Origin: Minisyncoccota bacterium
GTDB lineage: Bacteria > Patescibacteriota > Minisyncoccia > Phycocordibacterales > UBA9973
Direction of reading: 5' to 3'
Assembly (NCBI GenBank): GCA_028718635.1
Contig: JAQULK010000001.1
Coordinates: 242,944 to 306,943 of the forward strand
Length of the DNA: 64,000 bases
In this document: positions 8,614-17,541 of the stretch, one piece after another
How the letters are laid out: the number at the start of each line of letters is the position of its first letter
How positions within the stretch are numbered: position 1 is the first letter of the stretch
Program-made: the position numbers and the translations under genes
The notes under the pieces: generated by a model
The model's input: only the letters and a program-made list of their open reading frames with translations
Told to the model about the DNA's origin: nothing
Databases searched by the model: none

Positions 8614-9087
8614 ATGAAAAATTCACTTAATCATGTTTGGTCTATAATTTGTTCTAATTCACTTCTTGATAAAGATACAAATAATTTAAGTTTTTTCAAT
8701 GCAATTGAAAAATTTACTTTTAAAATACAAGAATCTGAGTTAGAAAAAATAAAAAAAGACAACAAAGAAGATATTATTTTTCAAATTCCTTTTCAGGTTG
8801 TTAGTCGTTTTGCTCGCCAAGATACTGGAAAAGTTGAAACACTTGATTATAAAGTAATGCTTATTAGTCCTGAAGGTAAAATTATATCTACTTCCAATCA
8901 AAAATTAGCAATAGAAAAAAACATTAAAAATTTTAGAGTTAGAACTAATTTTCAATCATTACCAGTAAGTAAGTCTGGGGATTATCTAATTGCTATTGAG
9001 TTTAAAGATCTTATAGAAAATAGGTTTAATAGAGTTGCTGAGTTGCCCATAGAAGTGGTTTTGGAAATTATCCCAGATAAGAAATAG
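8614..9087 (+). CDS. hypothetical protein (third gene of the cassette)
   Basis: 157-aa ORF tightly spaced after the HTH gene, with no recognisable motif. Confidence 0.35.
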   Translation: MKNSLNHVWSIICSNSLLDKDTNNLSFFNAIEKFTFKIQESELEKIKKDNKEDIIFQIPFQVVSRFARQDTGKVETLDYKVMLISPEGKIISTSNQKLAIEKNIKNFRVRTNFQSLPVSKSGDYLIAIEFKDLIENRFNRVAELPIEVVLEIIPDKK

Positions 9088-9102
9088 ATAAATAATTAAA
9101 TC

Positions 9103-9129
9103 AAAAAACACCCTGCAGGGTGTTTTTTG
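9103..9129. terminator. bidirectional rho-independent terminator (AACACCCTG-CAGGGTGTT flanked by A-run and T-run)
   Basis: Hairpin plus T6 on the + strand after the 8614 gene. The A-run on the other side makes it usable by minus-strand ssrA. Confidence 0.7.
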
Positions 9130-9135
9130 ATTTTG

Positions 9136-9532
9136 TGGAGATGGGGGAAATTGAATCCCCGTGCAGAAGGTTATTGTAAAGAAGTCTACATATATAGCGC
9201 GCTTTTTTGTTTAGATTAAAAAATTCTTAAGCGAGCCAAATATTTTTTAATCGAGTTCTTTTGTTTCGAAAAAAAGTCAGAACAGTCTTTTCTCTATCCC
9301 GATAATATTATGCCTCATCTTATATATCGGAAGTCTATAAGAGAGACACCAGCCGAGCTTACGCGAAGGCTGGAGCGAAAGCGAAATCCTTCATACCGAA
9401 GTAAGGAGAAAGTGCAGCTTTTGCTTTAGCAGTCAATTTTGCAATTAACATTTGGACGAATTTTTACGAGATTACGTCCATGCTCGATATGCATCAATAA
9501 CAAATGGCCAACTGTCTATGCCTGGCATCCCC
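9136..9532 (-). ncRNA. ssrA: candidate tmRNA (ssrA), about 397 nt
   Basis: On the minus strand, 5' GGGGATG pairs with 3' CATCTCC to give a 7-bp acceptor stem (one G-U), followed by discriminator A. The T-arm is GGGGA-TTCAATT-TCCCC. An internal ORF GCT AAA GCA AAA GCT GCA ... GCT CCA GCC TTC GCG TAA encodes a tag ending AFAPAFA*. It lies adjacent to smpB. Confidence 0.55.
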
Positions 9533-9559
9533 ATGTTTATAAAAAATGTTGGAACATAT

Positions 9560-9639
9560 CTTTTTCCGGTACGGAATTTTTGAAGCTTAAAAATTCCTGA
9601 AGTTCTCGGCTCGACAGCCTCGAAACCCCTGCAAAAGTT
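9560..9639. repeat. 80-bp intergenic repeat, copy 2, bracketed by the 12-bp inverted repeats ATGTTGGAACAT (9546-9557) and ATGTTCCAACAT (9640-9651)
   Basis: About 90% identical to 371-451. It lies between the smpB stop and the predicted ssrA 5' end. Confidence 0.75.
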
Positions 9640-9652
9640 ATGTTCCAACATT

Positions 9653-10096
9653 TTAGTTTTTCAAGGTTCTACGAATCTCGCGATCAGTATCGCGTTTCTT
9701 TATAGTTTCTCGTTTATCAAATTTTTTCTTACCTTTTACTAAAGCAATTTCAACTTTGATTTTTCTGTTTTTATTATACACTGAAATTGGTACTATTGTC
9801 AAACTCTTATTTTTCTCACTTCCTGCCAGTTCCGCTATTTCTTTTTTAGTGAGCAAAAGCTTTCTATTGCGAAGCGGGTCATAGTCTTTGGGTGAGTTTT
9901 TTACTTGGTATGGTGGAATATTTGCATTGATTAAAAATGCTTCCCCTCCACGAATAATAACAAAAGCTCCTTCGAGCGACATTTGCCTTCCACGCACAGA
10001 TTTTACTTCTGTACCCAAAAGCTCAATACCAGTCTCGTATTTTTCCAAGAATTCATAATTGAATCGCGCTTTTCGGTTTTCCGCATAGCTTGCCAT
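9653..10096 (-). CDS. smpB: SsrA-binding protein SmpB
   Basis: RKARFNYEFLEKYETGIELLGTEVKSVR...LLLTKKEIAEL is the canonical SmpB sequence. Confidence 0.9.
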   Translation of the reverse strand: MASYAENRKARFNYEFLEKYETGIELLGTEVKSVRGRQMSLEGAFVIIRGGEAFLINANIPPYQVKNSPKDYDPLRNRKLLLTKKEIAELAGSEKNKSLTIVPISVYNKNRKIKVEIALVKGKKKFDKRETIKKRDTDREIRRTLKN

Positions 10097-10152
10097 AAGT
10101 TTATCTTAGCACAAATTCTTTTTATTTTTTTTTAATTTTCTTTTCATGTATT

Positions 10153-12105
10153 TTGTGCTATTATCATCCTATGGATTTGAATTTTTTCAACAAAAAGGAA
10201 CCAAATAATAAAGGAAAAAAAATTCCACCCAAGAGCAATTTCGGCGGGAATATTGCCGGCGCGATAGTTTTTTTTATGCTCATTACAGCGCTTTATTTAG
10301 TGGTGTCTGGAGACGGGAAAACAACTCCCCAAGTTTCGATTTCTGAATTAGCCAATAGTGTCGTGGCAGGGAATGTCAAAACCATCTTAGTGGAAGGGGA
10401 TAAGCTCACTATCACTTATCAAAATGGCGATGTTAAAGAATCTAAAAAAGAAGTCGGCGCGCCGCTTTCGCAAACACTTTTTGATTATGGGGTAACATCT
10501 GCCGCGATTGCAAAAACAGACATTCAAATAAAAAACGAGAGTGGTTTTATGTTTTGGCTGGTAAATTTGCTGCCGTTTATTTTGCCGATAATTTTTATTT
10601 TAATTTTCTTTTGGTATTTGTCTCGGCAAGTCAAGGGCGCAGGAATGCAGGCTTTTACTTTTGGACAATCCAAAGCTCGTCTCACGAATCCGGATGATAA
10701 AAACAATCGGGTCACCTTTAAAGATGTGGCTGGTTGCAAAGAGGCTAAAGAAGAATTAAAAGAAATAGTAGATTTCTTAAAAAGTCCCAAAAAGTTTTTA
10801 GATATTGGAGCCAGAATTCCCAAAGGAGTCATTTTAACCGGCGCCCCAGGGACTGGCAAGACTTTGCTCGCGCGAGCAGTGGCAGGAGAAGCGAACGTGC
10901 CATTTTTTCATCTTTCTGGAAGTGAGTTTGTGGAAATGTTTGTCGGAGTCGGAGCTTCTAGAGTGCGAGATCTTTTTAAAATGGCCAAAAAAGCGGCGCC
11001 TGCTATTATTTTCGTAGATGAAATAGACGCCATAGGCCGTACTCGCGGAGGAGGATTCGGAGGAGGGAATGACGAACGCGAACAGACCTTAAATCAAATT
11101 TTAGTAGAGATGGATGGTTTTGAGCCGAACGACAAAGTAATAGTGATGGCAGCGACTAATAGGCCAGACGTGCTAGATCCGGCACTCATTCGTCCAGGGC
11201 GTTTTGATCGAAAAGTTATGCTTGATTTGCCTGATCGTACCGATCGCGAAGAGATATTGAAAATTCATGCATTAAAAAAACCGTTAGCTGAAGATATAAA
11301 TTTGAAATTGATTGCTGAACGCACTCCCGGTTTTTCCGGCGCGGATTTGTATTCACTTATGAACGAAGGCGCCATCTTGGCGGCTCGAGAAAATCGCAAG
11401 AAAGTTTTTCAATTTGATTTGATTCGCGCGATTGAAAAAGTGATGCTTGGTCCAGAGCGAAAAAGTCATTTACTTTCCAAAAAAGAAAAAGAAATTACTG
11501 CTTACCATGAAGCCGGGCATGCGATCGTGGCATCGGTGCTTCCGCATGCAGATCCGGTGCACAAAGTTTCTATTATCGCTCGCGGAAATGCCGGGGGATA
11601 TACTTTAAAGTTACCGCTTGAAGAACGACGTTTGCAATCCAAAAAAGAATTTATTGATGACATCGCTATGTCCCTCGGCGGATATGTGGCTGAGCAAATG
11701 ATTTTCGGAGACATCACCACCGGACCGTCGAGTGATTTGCAAGTAGCGACAAATCTAGCGCGAGCGATGGTGACGAGATGGGGGATGTCCGATGTTATCG
11801 GACCGATAGCTTTAGTGGATTCTCCCGGTAGGTCTCAATATGGTGAAATGTCTGCTGAAAAAGAATTTTCTGAAGCCGTTTTCACTAAAGTCGATAGAGA
11901 AGTTTCGAGAATCATAAATGATGGGTTAAAGACTGCGCAAAAAGTGTTGGAAGAAAACAAAAAAGCATTTACCGCCATTGCTTTAAAACTTATAGAAGTG
12001 GAAACTTTAGAACAGGAAGACTACGAGAAAATTTTGGTTGCTCATGGTATTATGTTAAAAAAGAAAGATGTTATAGAAACATCCGTCCTTAGCTCAGTTG
12101 GTTAG
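10153..12105 (+). CDS. ftsH: ATP-dependent zinc metalloprotease FtsH (start possibly at the MDL codon at 10171; the 3' end runs about 23 nt into the tRNA)
   Basis: N-terminal TM segments, AAA module GAPGTGKT...[11 protein letters not shown], and the zinc motif HEAGHA. Confidence 0.9.
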   Translation: MCYYHPMDLNFFNKKEPNNKGKKIPPKSNFGGNIAGAIVFFMLITALYLVVSGDGKTTPQVSISELANSVVAGNVKTILVEGDKLTITYQNGDVKESKKEVGAPLSQTLFDYGVTSAAIAKTDIQIKNESGFMFWLVNLLPFILPIIFILIFFWYLSRQVKGAGMQAFTFGQSKARLTNPDDKNNRVTFKDVAGCKEAKEELKEIVDFLKSPKKFLDIGARIPKGVILTGAPGTGKTLLARAVAGEANVPFFHLSGSEFVEMFVGVGASRVRDLFKMAKKAAPAIIFVDEIDAIGRTRGGGFGGGNDEREQTLNQILVEMDGFEPNDKVIVMAATNRPDVLDPALIRPGRFDRKVMLDLPDRTDREEILKIHALKKPLAEDINLKLIAERTPGFSGADLYSLMNEGAILAARENRKKVFQFDLIRAIEKVMLGPERKSHLLSKKEKEITAYHEAGHAIVASVLPHADPVHKVSIIARGNAGGYTLKLPLEERRLQSKKEFIDDIAMSLGGYVAEQMIFGDITTGPSSDLQVATNLARAMVTRWGMSDVIGPIALVDSPGRSQYGEMSAEKEFSEAVFTKVDREVSRIINDGLKTAQKVLEENKKAFTAIALKLIEVETLEQEDYEKILVAHGIMLKKKDVIETSVLSSVG

Positions 12106-12156
12106 AGCACAGAGCTTATACCTCTGGGGTCCTTGGTTCGAATCCAAGAGGACGGA
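12083..12156 (+). tRNA. tRNA-Ile, apparent anticodon TAT (UAU)
   Basis: Manual fold: acceptor CCGTCCT/AGGACGG, D-arm GCTC-AGTTGGTTA-GAGC, anticodon arm CAGAG-CTTATAC-CTCTG, T-arm CTTGG-TTCGAAT-CCAAG, discriminator A. Confidence 0.7.
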
Positions 12157-12220
12157 CACGAAGAGTCTTTTTTAAAAAATCTCTAAAAAGCCAAATGTCA
12201 AGAAGTTTTACATAACATGC

Positions 12221-12248
12221 TTGACTTCTTTACATTTATCTATATACT
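12221..12248 (+). promoter_or_regulatory. sigma70-like promoter (-35 TTGACT, 16-nt spacer, -10 TATACT) ending 6 nt before the ATG, suggesting a leaderless transcript
   Basis: Hexamers read at 12221-12226 and 12243-12248. ATG is at 12255. Confidence 0.45.
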
Positions 12249-12254
12249 AATTAC

Positions 12255-12929
12255 ATGAGTAATAAATATGCACAATTTATAAAAACTACTAGAAAAGAGC
12301 GTGGACTTTCTCAGTCTTTCTTGGCTAATAAATTAGGTATTTCTAGACCTTCCTATATAAGCATAGAACAAGGCAAAAGAGAATTAACCTTGGGAGAGTT
12401 TGAAAAGCTTTCCGGAGTTTTGGGTGTTTCTTTTGAAGAATTAGAGGGAGGAGAATCTCCGAATTATGAAAAGTACAAGCAAATGATCTTGGCTTTCTTA
12501 CGATTAGACAAAAAAATTCCAAAAACTAAACTTGCAAAACTTGTGTATCTTGCAGATGCTGGTTGGTTTTATTATCGTTTGCGCAGTATGAGCGGTATGC
12601 AATATAGAAAAATCCAATATGGTCCAGTAGCAGAATCATATTTTAGTATAATAGATGAGCTATATCAAAATGGTCAAATTGAGATAGAACAAACAAAAGA
12701 AGGCGCCATGCTCGTATCTCAAACTCGCGCTGGCGGAAAAAGTTCTTTATCTGAAATAAAGAAAGAAGAATTAAAACTAATAACAGATGTTAATCACAAA
12801 TGGAAAAATAAAAAAACTAAAGAAATCGTTGAGTTTACTCACAATCAACTTCCATATTTATGCGCTAAAAAAAATGAAATTATCACTCTTGGCTTAATAA
12901 CACAGGAAGATCCGCATGAATATTACTAA
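12255..12929 (+). CDS. XRE-HTH fused to a DUF4065 (Panacea)-like domain, an antitoxin-like protein
   Basis: N-terminal HTH LSQSFLANKLGISRPSYISIEQG. The C-terminal KLAKLVYLADAGWFY resembles the DUF4065/SocA-like antitoxin domain. Confidence 0.5.
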   Translation: MSNKYAQFIKTTRKERGLSQSFLANKLGISRPSYISIEQGKRELTLGEFEKLSGVLGVSFEELEGGESPNYEKYKQMILAFLRLDKKIPKTKLAKLVYLADAGWFYYRLRSMSGMQYRKIQYGPVAESYFSIIDELYQNGQIEIEQTKEGAMLVSQTRAGGKSSLSEIKKEELKLITDVNHKWKNKKTKEIVEFTHNQLPYLCAKKNEIITLGLITQEDPHEYY

Positions 12930-13317
12930 TGAATACGAAGTGGTGTTTGAGCCTTTTTCCGAAAGACATTTCATAAAAACTTTTTCGAAAAAATATAAAA
13001 ATGCATGGGATAGCACTTTCTTTTTTATAAAAGAAGAGTTTAAGTTTTTTGATGTTTTATTTAGTAAAAGTATTGCGGAATATATTACTGATAAAAATGC
13101 AGACATTGCTATTTGTAAAACAGAATTTAAGATTTCTGGTACGAAAGAATCTCGTCATGGTTCTGGCAATAGATGTATTGTCGCTATTCATAAAAATATA
13201 AACAAAGTTTGTGTTTTGCTTGTGTATCATAAAAATGACATGGGAGGGGGTAGTGAAACGGGTAATTGGGTTAAATTAGTTAAAGAAAATTATCCCCAAT
13301 ATTCTAAAATCTTGTAA
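12916..13317 (+). CDS. hypothetical protein, candidate cognate toxin
   Basis: 133-aa ORF that overlaps the upstream gene by 14 nt (translational coupling). No known motif. Confidence 0.35.
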   Translation: MNITNEYEVVFEPFSERHFIKTFSKKYKNAWDSTFFFIKEEFKFFDVLFSKSIAEYITDKNADIAICKTEFKISGTKESRHGSGNRCIVAIHKNINKVCVLLVYHKNDMGGGSETGNWVKLVKENYPQYSKIL

Positions 13318-13403
13318 AAGGTACCTCCCAAAGACTCAAAAATATTTATAATAAATGGGCTATATTTAGATAGGTGATTTTTGGATATTTATAATTTTTT
13401 ATT

Positions 13404-14033
13404 TTGTGTTTTAATGCTAAAAATCATGGTTATACACCTTACCTAAGAGGACTAGTTTCGTGTATAATGATTTTTATGAGTGTAGTTAAAGAAAATTATT
13501 CTAAATTCTCCCCGAAGTTTTTCTTTGCTCTCCTTTTGTGTTTAGTCGTTCGGTTGATTCCGTTCCGTGCGCCGAACGTTGAGCCTATCCTCGCGACGAT
13601 GATGCCTTTTTCAAAAGCTTATGGAGCATTTATTGGTTTTTCTTTTGCTGTTTTGAGTATTTTTATTTACGATTTATTAACTGGCACTATGGGAATACAG
13701 ACGCTCTTTACTGTCGGGGCATATGGAGTGCTTGGTTTGTGGTCAGCGAGTTATTTTAAAAAATATCAAGGCAGCAGATGGGATTATGTCCGTTTTGCCA
13801 TTTTTGGGACGCTTTTTTTTGATGCGTTTACCGGGTTCACAGTCGGTCCTATTTTCTTTCATCAATCATTCACCCAGTCTTTCTTCGGCCAAATTCCATT
13901 TACCGCGCTTCACCTGACAGGTAATGTAATTTTTGCCCTAATTTTATCTCCTGCGATTTACAAAAATTTAATTAAGAAAAAAGAAAAAAATTTGTTATCA
14001 CCCTCTAACATCTTTAATCCTAAAATAATTTAA
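13404..14033 (+). CDS. polytopic membrane protein, possibly an ECF-type S component (true start likely downstream of 13404)
   Basis: 5-6 predicted hydrophobic helices over about 190 aa. It lies directly upstream of the B12-dependent reductase. Confidence 0.3.
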   Translation: MCFNAKNHGYTPYLRGLVSCIMIFMSVVKENYSKFSPKFFFALLLCLVVRLIPFRAPNVEPILATMMPFSKAYGAFIGFSFAVLSIFIYDLLTGTMGIQTLFTVGAYGVLGLWSASYFKKYQGSRWDYVRFAIFGTLFFDAFTGFTVGPIFFHQSFTQSFFGQIPFTALHLTGNVIFALILSPAIYKNLIKKKEKNLLSPSNIFNPKII

Positions 14034-14037
14034 AAAA

Positions 14038-16332
14038 ATGAAAAAAACAGAAAAAATTTTAAAAAGTGAATTAGCAAAAATAAAATCAATCCGAAGAAGA
14101 ACTGGTGAGGTTGTTTCTTTTGATTTAGGGAGAGTGGCTCGAGCAATTTTGAAAGCTTTTGAGGTGACAGGAGAAGGAGGAGAGGCAGAATCACAAGAAG
14201 TCGCTAAGCGCGTTTTTAGAAATCTTTTAAAGATTCAAGCCGGCTTGGTAAGTGCGCATAAAGGAGCAAAATTTTTACCTACCGTTGAGATGGTTCAAGA
14301 TCTAGTGGAAAAAGAATTAATGAAAAACAATTTTACCGATACCGCTAAAAAATATATTCTTTACCGCAATAAACGTTCAGAGCTTCGCGCTGCTTTCGGT
14401 CCTGTGCCTGAATCTGTCCGGCTGGCTGTAGAAGAATCCAGTAAGTATTTTAGCAGTCCTTATTCTGAATATATTTTTTACCAATTTTATTCCAGGTGGG
14501 TTCCAGAGCTGGGACGCAGAGAGACCTGGATCGAGGCTATTGATCGCTTTATGTCTTTTATGAAAGAGAATATGGGAGATAAACTTACCGCTAAAGAATA
14601 TGTGGATGTTCGCCAGGCCATTTTAAATCAAGATATTTGCCCTTCTATGCGTCTTTTGTGGTCTGCTGGAAAAGCTTGCCGTGAGTCTAATGTTTGGGCG
14701 TATAATTGTTCATATATTGCTCCAACTTGTCCTCAAGATTTAGGTGAAATAATGTATATTTCCATGTGTGGGGCTGGTCTCGGCTTTGCCGTTGAATGGG
14801 AAAATGTTCAACAATTTCCCCAAATAAAAAAACAAACAAAAGAAAAGCCAACAATTCATATAGTTCATGACAGCAAAGAAGGCTGGGCGAATGCTTTTGT
14901 TTTAGGACTCAAAGCTTGGTTTGATGGCAAGGATGTGAAATTTGATTATTCTGCGATCAGACCAGCTGGAGCACGGCTCGAAACAGCAGGCGGGAGGGCC
15001 TCCGGACCACAACCCTTGATGGATTTAATGGAATTCGCTAGACGTAAAATTTTATCAAAACAAGGCCGTCGTCTTTCAAATCTAGACATGCATGATATTA
15101 TTTGTCAGATTGGAATGATCGTGGTGGCAGGAGGAGTCAGGCGTAGCGCTTTGATTTCTCTTTCTGAATTAGAAGACAAAGAGATGCGAGATGCCAAAAA
15201 AGGACAGTTTTATTTAACCGAGGGTCAACGTTCTATGGCAAACAATTCCGCAGTCTATAATTCTAAACCATCAGCTGAAGAGTTTCTAAATGAATGGACT
15301 GCTTTAGTGAAATCTAAATCCGGGGAGCGTGGGATTTTCAATCGAGGCGGATTAGAAAAACAATTACCAGCTCGCAGGTGGGCAGCTATAAAAGATGAAC
15401 GACAAATAGGAATGAATCCTTGTGGAGAAATTTATTTGCGTTCCAAACAATTTTGTAATTTGACCAGTATCGTGATTCGGCCAAAGGACACCATTGAAAC
15501 TCTCAAAAGAAAAATGGAATTAGCGACTTTGCTCGGGACTTATCAATCTACTTTGACGAATTTTGGTTATCTTTCAAAAAAATGGAAAGAAAATTGTGAA
15601 GAAGAAAGATTGCTCGGCGTATCCCTCACAGGTTATTACGACAATCCTCTTATTAGAAATGATAAAGTATTGGACATTCTTCGTCTTGATTCTATTGAGA
15701 CAAATAAAAAATATGCGAAACGCTTCGGAATCAATCCTTCTACCGCGATAACTTGCGTGAAGCCCCATGGCAATTCCGGTCAGCTCTTGGGAGTCGGTTC
15801 TGGTATGCATCCTTGGTATGCTCCGTATTTTATTCGCCGAGTACGAATTTCTCACACCGACACATTACTTCAAATGGCTCGAGACCAAGGGGTACCTTGT
15901 TTACCGGAAGTCGGTCAGTCTTCCGAATCCGCAACCACTTACGTTTTAGAATTTCCAGTCAAAGCGCCAGCAGGAGCAATCTTCAAAGACGAAGTTTCAG
16001 CCCTTGATTTGATTAAAGAATGGAAAAGACTCAAGGAGCATTTCGTGGAACACAATCCATCCGCGACGATCTATGTCGGTCCGGATGAATGGCTCGCTGT
16101 TGGAAATTTCGTTTACGAAAACTGGGATGTGATCGGCGGGCTTTCTTTCCTTCCTCGATCGGAGCATGTTTATCAATTAGCTCCGTATGAAGCAATTACC
16201 AAAGAAGAATACGAGAGGCGCGCTCGAAATATTGGCAAGATTGATTTCTCAAAACTTTCTCAATATGAAGCGACAGACAACACCACTGGAGCGAAAGAGT
16301 TTGCTTGTGTTTCTGGTGTTTGCGAATTGTAA
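14038..16332 (+). CDS. nrdJ: adenosylcobalamin-dependent ribonucleoside-triphosphate reductase (class II, monomeric NrdJ type)
   Basis: 764 aa with the NPCGEI active-site motif and the general class II architecture. Confidence 0.75.
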   Translation: MKKTEKILKSELAKIKSIRRRTGEVVSFDLGRVARAILKAFEVTGEGGEAESQEVAKRVFRNLLKIQAGLVSAHKGAKFLPTVEMVQDLVEKELMKNNFTDTAKKYILYRNKRSELRAAFGPVPESVRLAVEESSKYFSSPYSEYIFYQFYSRWVPELGRRETWIEAIDRFMSFMKENMGDKLTAKEYVDVRQAILNQDICPSMRLLWSAGKACRESNVWAYNCSYIAPTCPQDLGEIMYISMCGAGLGFAVEWENVQQFPQIKKQTKEKPTIHIVHDSKEGWANAFVLGLKAWFDGKDVKFDYSAIRPAGARLETAGGRASGPQPLMDLMEFARRKILSKQGRRLSNLDMHDIICQIGMIVVAGGVRRSALISLSELEDKEMRDAKKGQFYLTEGQRSMANNSAVYNSKPSAEEFLNEWTALVKSKSGERGIFNRGGLEKQLPARRWAAIKDERQIGMNPCGEIYLRSKQFCNLTSIVIRPKDTIETLKRKMELATLLGTYQSTLTNFGYLSKKWKENCEEERLLGVSLTGYYDNPLIRNDKVLDILRLDSIETNKKYAKRFGINPSTAITCVKPHGNSGQLLGVGSGMHPWYAPYFIRRVRISHTDTLLQMARDQGVPCLPEVGQSSESATTYVLEFPVKAPAGAIFKDEVSALDLIKEWKRLKEHFVEHNPSATIYVGPDEWLAVGNFVYENWDVIGGLSFLPRSEHVYQLAPYEAITKEEYERRARNIGKIDFSKLSQYEATDNTTGAKEFACVSGVCEL

Positions 16333-16360
16333 CTACAAAACTCGTTGCAGGTGTAGTTTT
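16331..16360 (+). terminator. possible terminator after nrdJ (AACTACA ... TGTAGTT followed by TTTT)
   Basis: 7-bp stem with a 14-nt loop and a short T-run. Confidence 0.35.
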
Positions 16361-16469
16361 ATGGAAACATTGCGCAGGCGGGTAGCCGAGCATAGCAAAA
16401 AATCAGCAGATTTTTATGCGTGTTGACAGAAAACTATACCAAGAAAGAGTTTTGTAGTAATATAAATTT

Positions 16470-17027
16470 ATGCTCTACACTAGAAAAGGAGACAACGGCA
16501 CAACGAAAACTTTTGCTTGCGATCAGCGTATTTCTAAAAGTTCCATAGTGGCTGAAGCCTTAGGCGCGCTCGATGAAGCGAACTCTTTTTTAGGTTTAGC
16601 CCGCGCTAGAACCAAAGATAAAGTTTTTGAAATTAAAGGTGAGCGAATAAAATTTCCTGACCTTATCTTAGAGATTCAGCAGAATTTATTTATTGTGCAA
16701 GCAGAAGTCGCCGGGGCGACTCTTTCCATAGAAGGAGAGAAAGTAAAAAAAATAGAAAAAATAGTGGATGAAATTGAAAAAATCTTACCGCCTATTAAAA
16801 CTTTTTTTATCAGTGGCGCCACAAAAGATGGAGCAGTGCTGGATATTTCTAGAACCTTGGTGCGACGCGCGGAGAGGAGGGTGATAGATGCAAAAGAGGA
16901 AGGAAAAACAAAAATCAGCGTTGAGACGCTGACATATCTTAATAGACTCTCTAGTTTACTATACGCCTTAGCTCGCATCGCGAGCCACTTAGAAGGCGAA
17001 GAAGAAATCAAACCGGAGTATAAATAG
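16470..17027 (+). CDS. ATP:cob(I)alamin adenosyltransferase, PduO type
   Basis: N-terminal MLYTRKGDNGTT...EALGALDEANSFLGLARA matches the PduO/MMAB family. Confidence 0.75.
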   Translation: MLYTRKGDNGTTKTFACDQRISKSSIVAEALGALDEANSFLGLARARTKDKVFEIKGERIKFPDLILEIQQNLFIVQAEVAGATLSIEGEKVKKIEKIVDEIEKILPPIKTFFISGATKDGAVLDISRTLVRRAERRVIDAKEEGKTKISVETLTYLNRLSSLLYALARIASHLEGEEEIKPEYK

Positions 17028-17063
17028 TTGACATTCTGTAGCACATTGTGCTACACTTGAAAT

Positions 17064-17279
17064 ATGAGAACAACATTAAACATTTCAATGCCACCACTTC
17101 AAAAAAAGAATGTGGATCGCATGATAAAAGATTATAATTATTCTTCTACTAGTGAGTTTTTTCGTGATGCTGTTAGAGCTCTTGAGGAAGACAAGCTTAT
17201 TAAGGATATTATGGAAAGTGAGCGAGAGTTTGCTGCTGGTAAGGGTAAAAAACTTCGTTCATTAAAAGATTTGATGTAA
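17064..17279 (+). CDS. ParD-like ribbon-helix-helix antitoxin
   Basis: 71 aa (MRTTLNISMPPLQKKNVDRM...SEFFRDAVRALEEDK). It precedes the ParE/RelE ORF with a 4-nt gap. Confidence 0.5.
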   Translation: MRTTLNISMPPLQKKNVDRMIKDYNYSSTSEFFRDAVRALEEDKLIKDIMESEREFAAGKGKKLRSLKDLM

Positions 17280-17283
17280 ATTT

Positions 17284-17541
17284 ATGGAAATCGAGTATTC
17301 TCCAAAATTTATAAAGCAATTTAAAAAGCTACCTAAAGAGATAAAAGAATCTGCTCTAAAATGTGAGAAATTATTTCGAGAAAATCCATTTAATCCTAAA
17401 TTAAAAACACATAAATTGCATGGAACTATGCAGGAGTACTGGGCATTTTCTATTTCTTATAACTATCGTATAGGTTTTACTTTTTTTGATACTAATTCTG
17501 TACATTTTCATGCAATTGGTAGTCATGATATTTATAAATAA
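17284..17541 (+). CDS. ParE/RelE-family toxin
   Basis: KLHGTMQEYWAFSISYNYRIGFTFFDTNSVHFHAIGSHDIY is typical of the RelE/ParE C-terminal part. Confidence 0.6.
   Translation: MEIEYSPKFIKQFKKLPKEIKESALKCEKLFRENPFNPKLKTHKLHGTMQEYWAFSISYNYRIGFTFFDTNSVHFHAIGSHDIYK

Noticed and set aside
15563-16007. Several small ORFs on both strands inside nrdJ
   Set aside because: They are embedded in the conserved RNR reading frame.
16423-16466. TTGACA followed by TATAAA/TAATAT as a promoter for the adenosyltransferase gene
   Set aside because: The spacing between the hexamers is 26-30 nt, which is incompatible with a sigma70 promoter. It was left unannotated.
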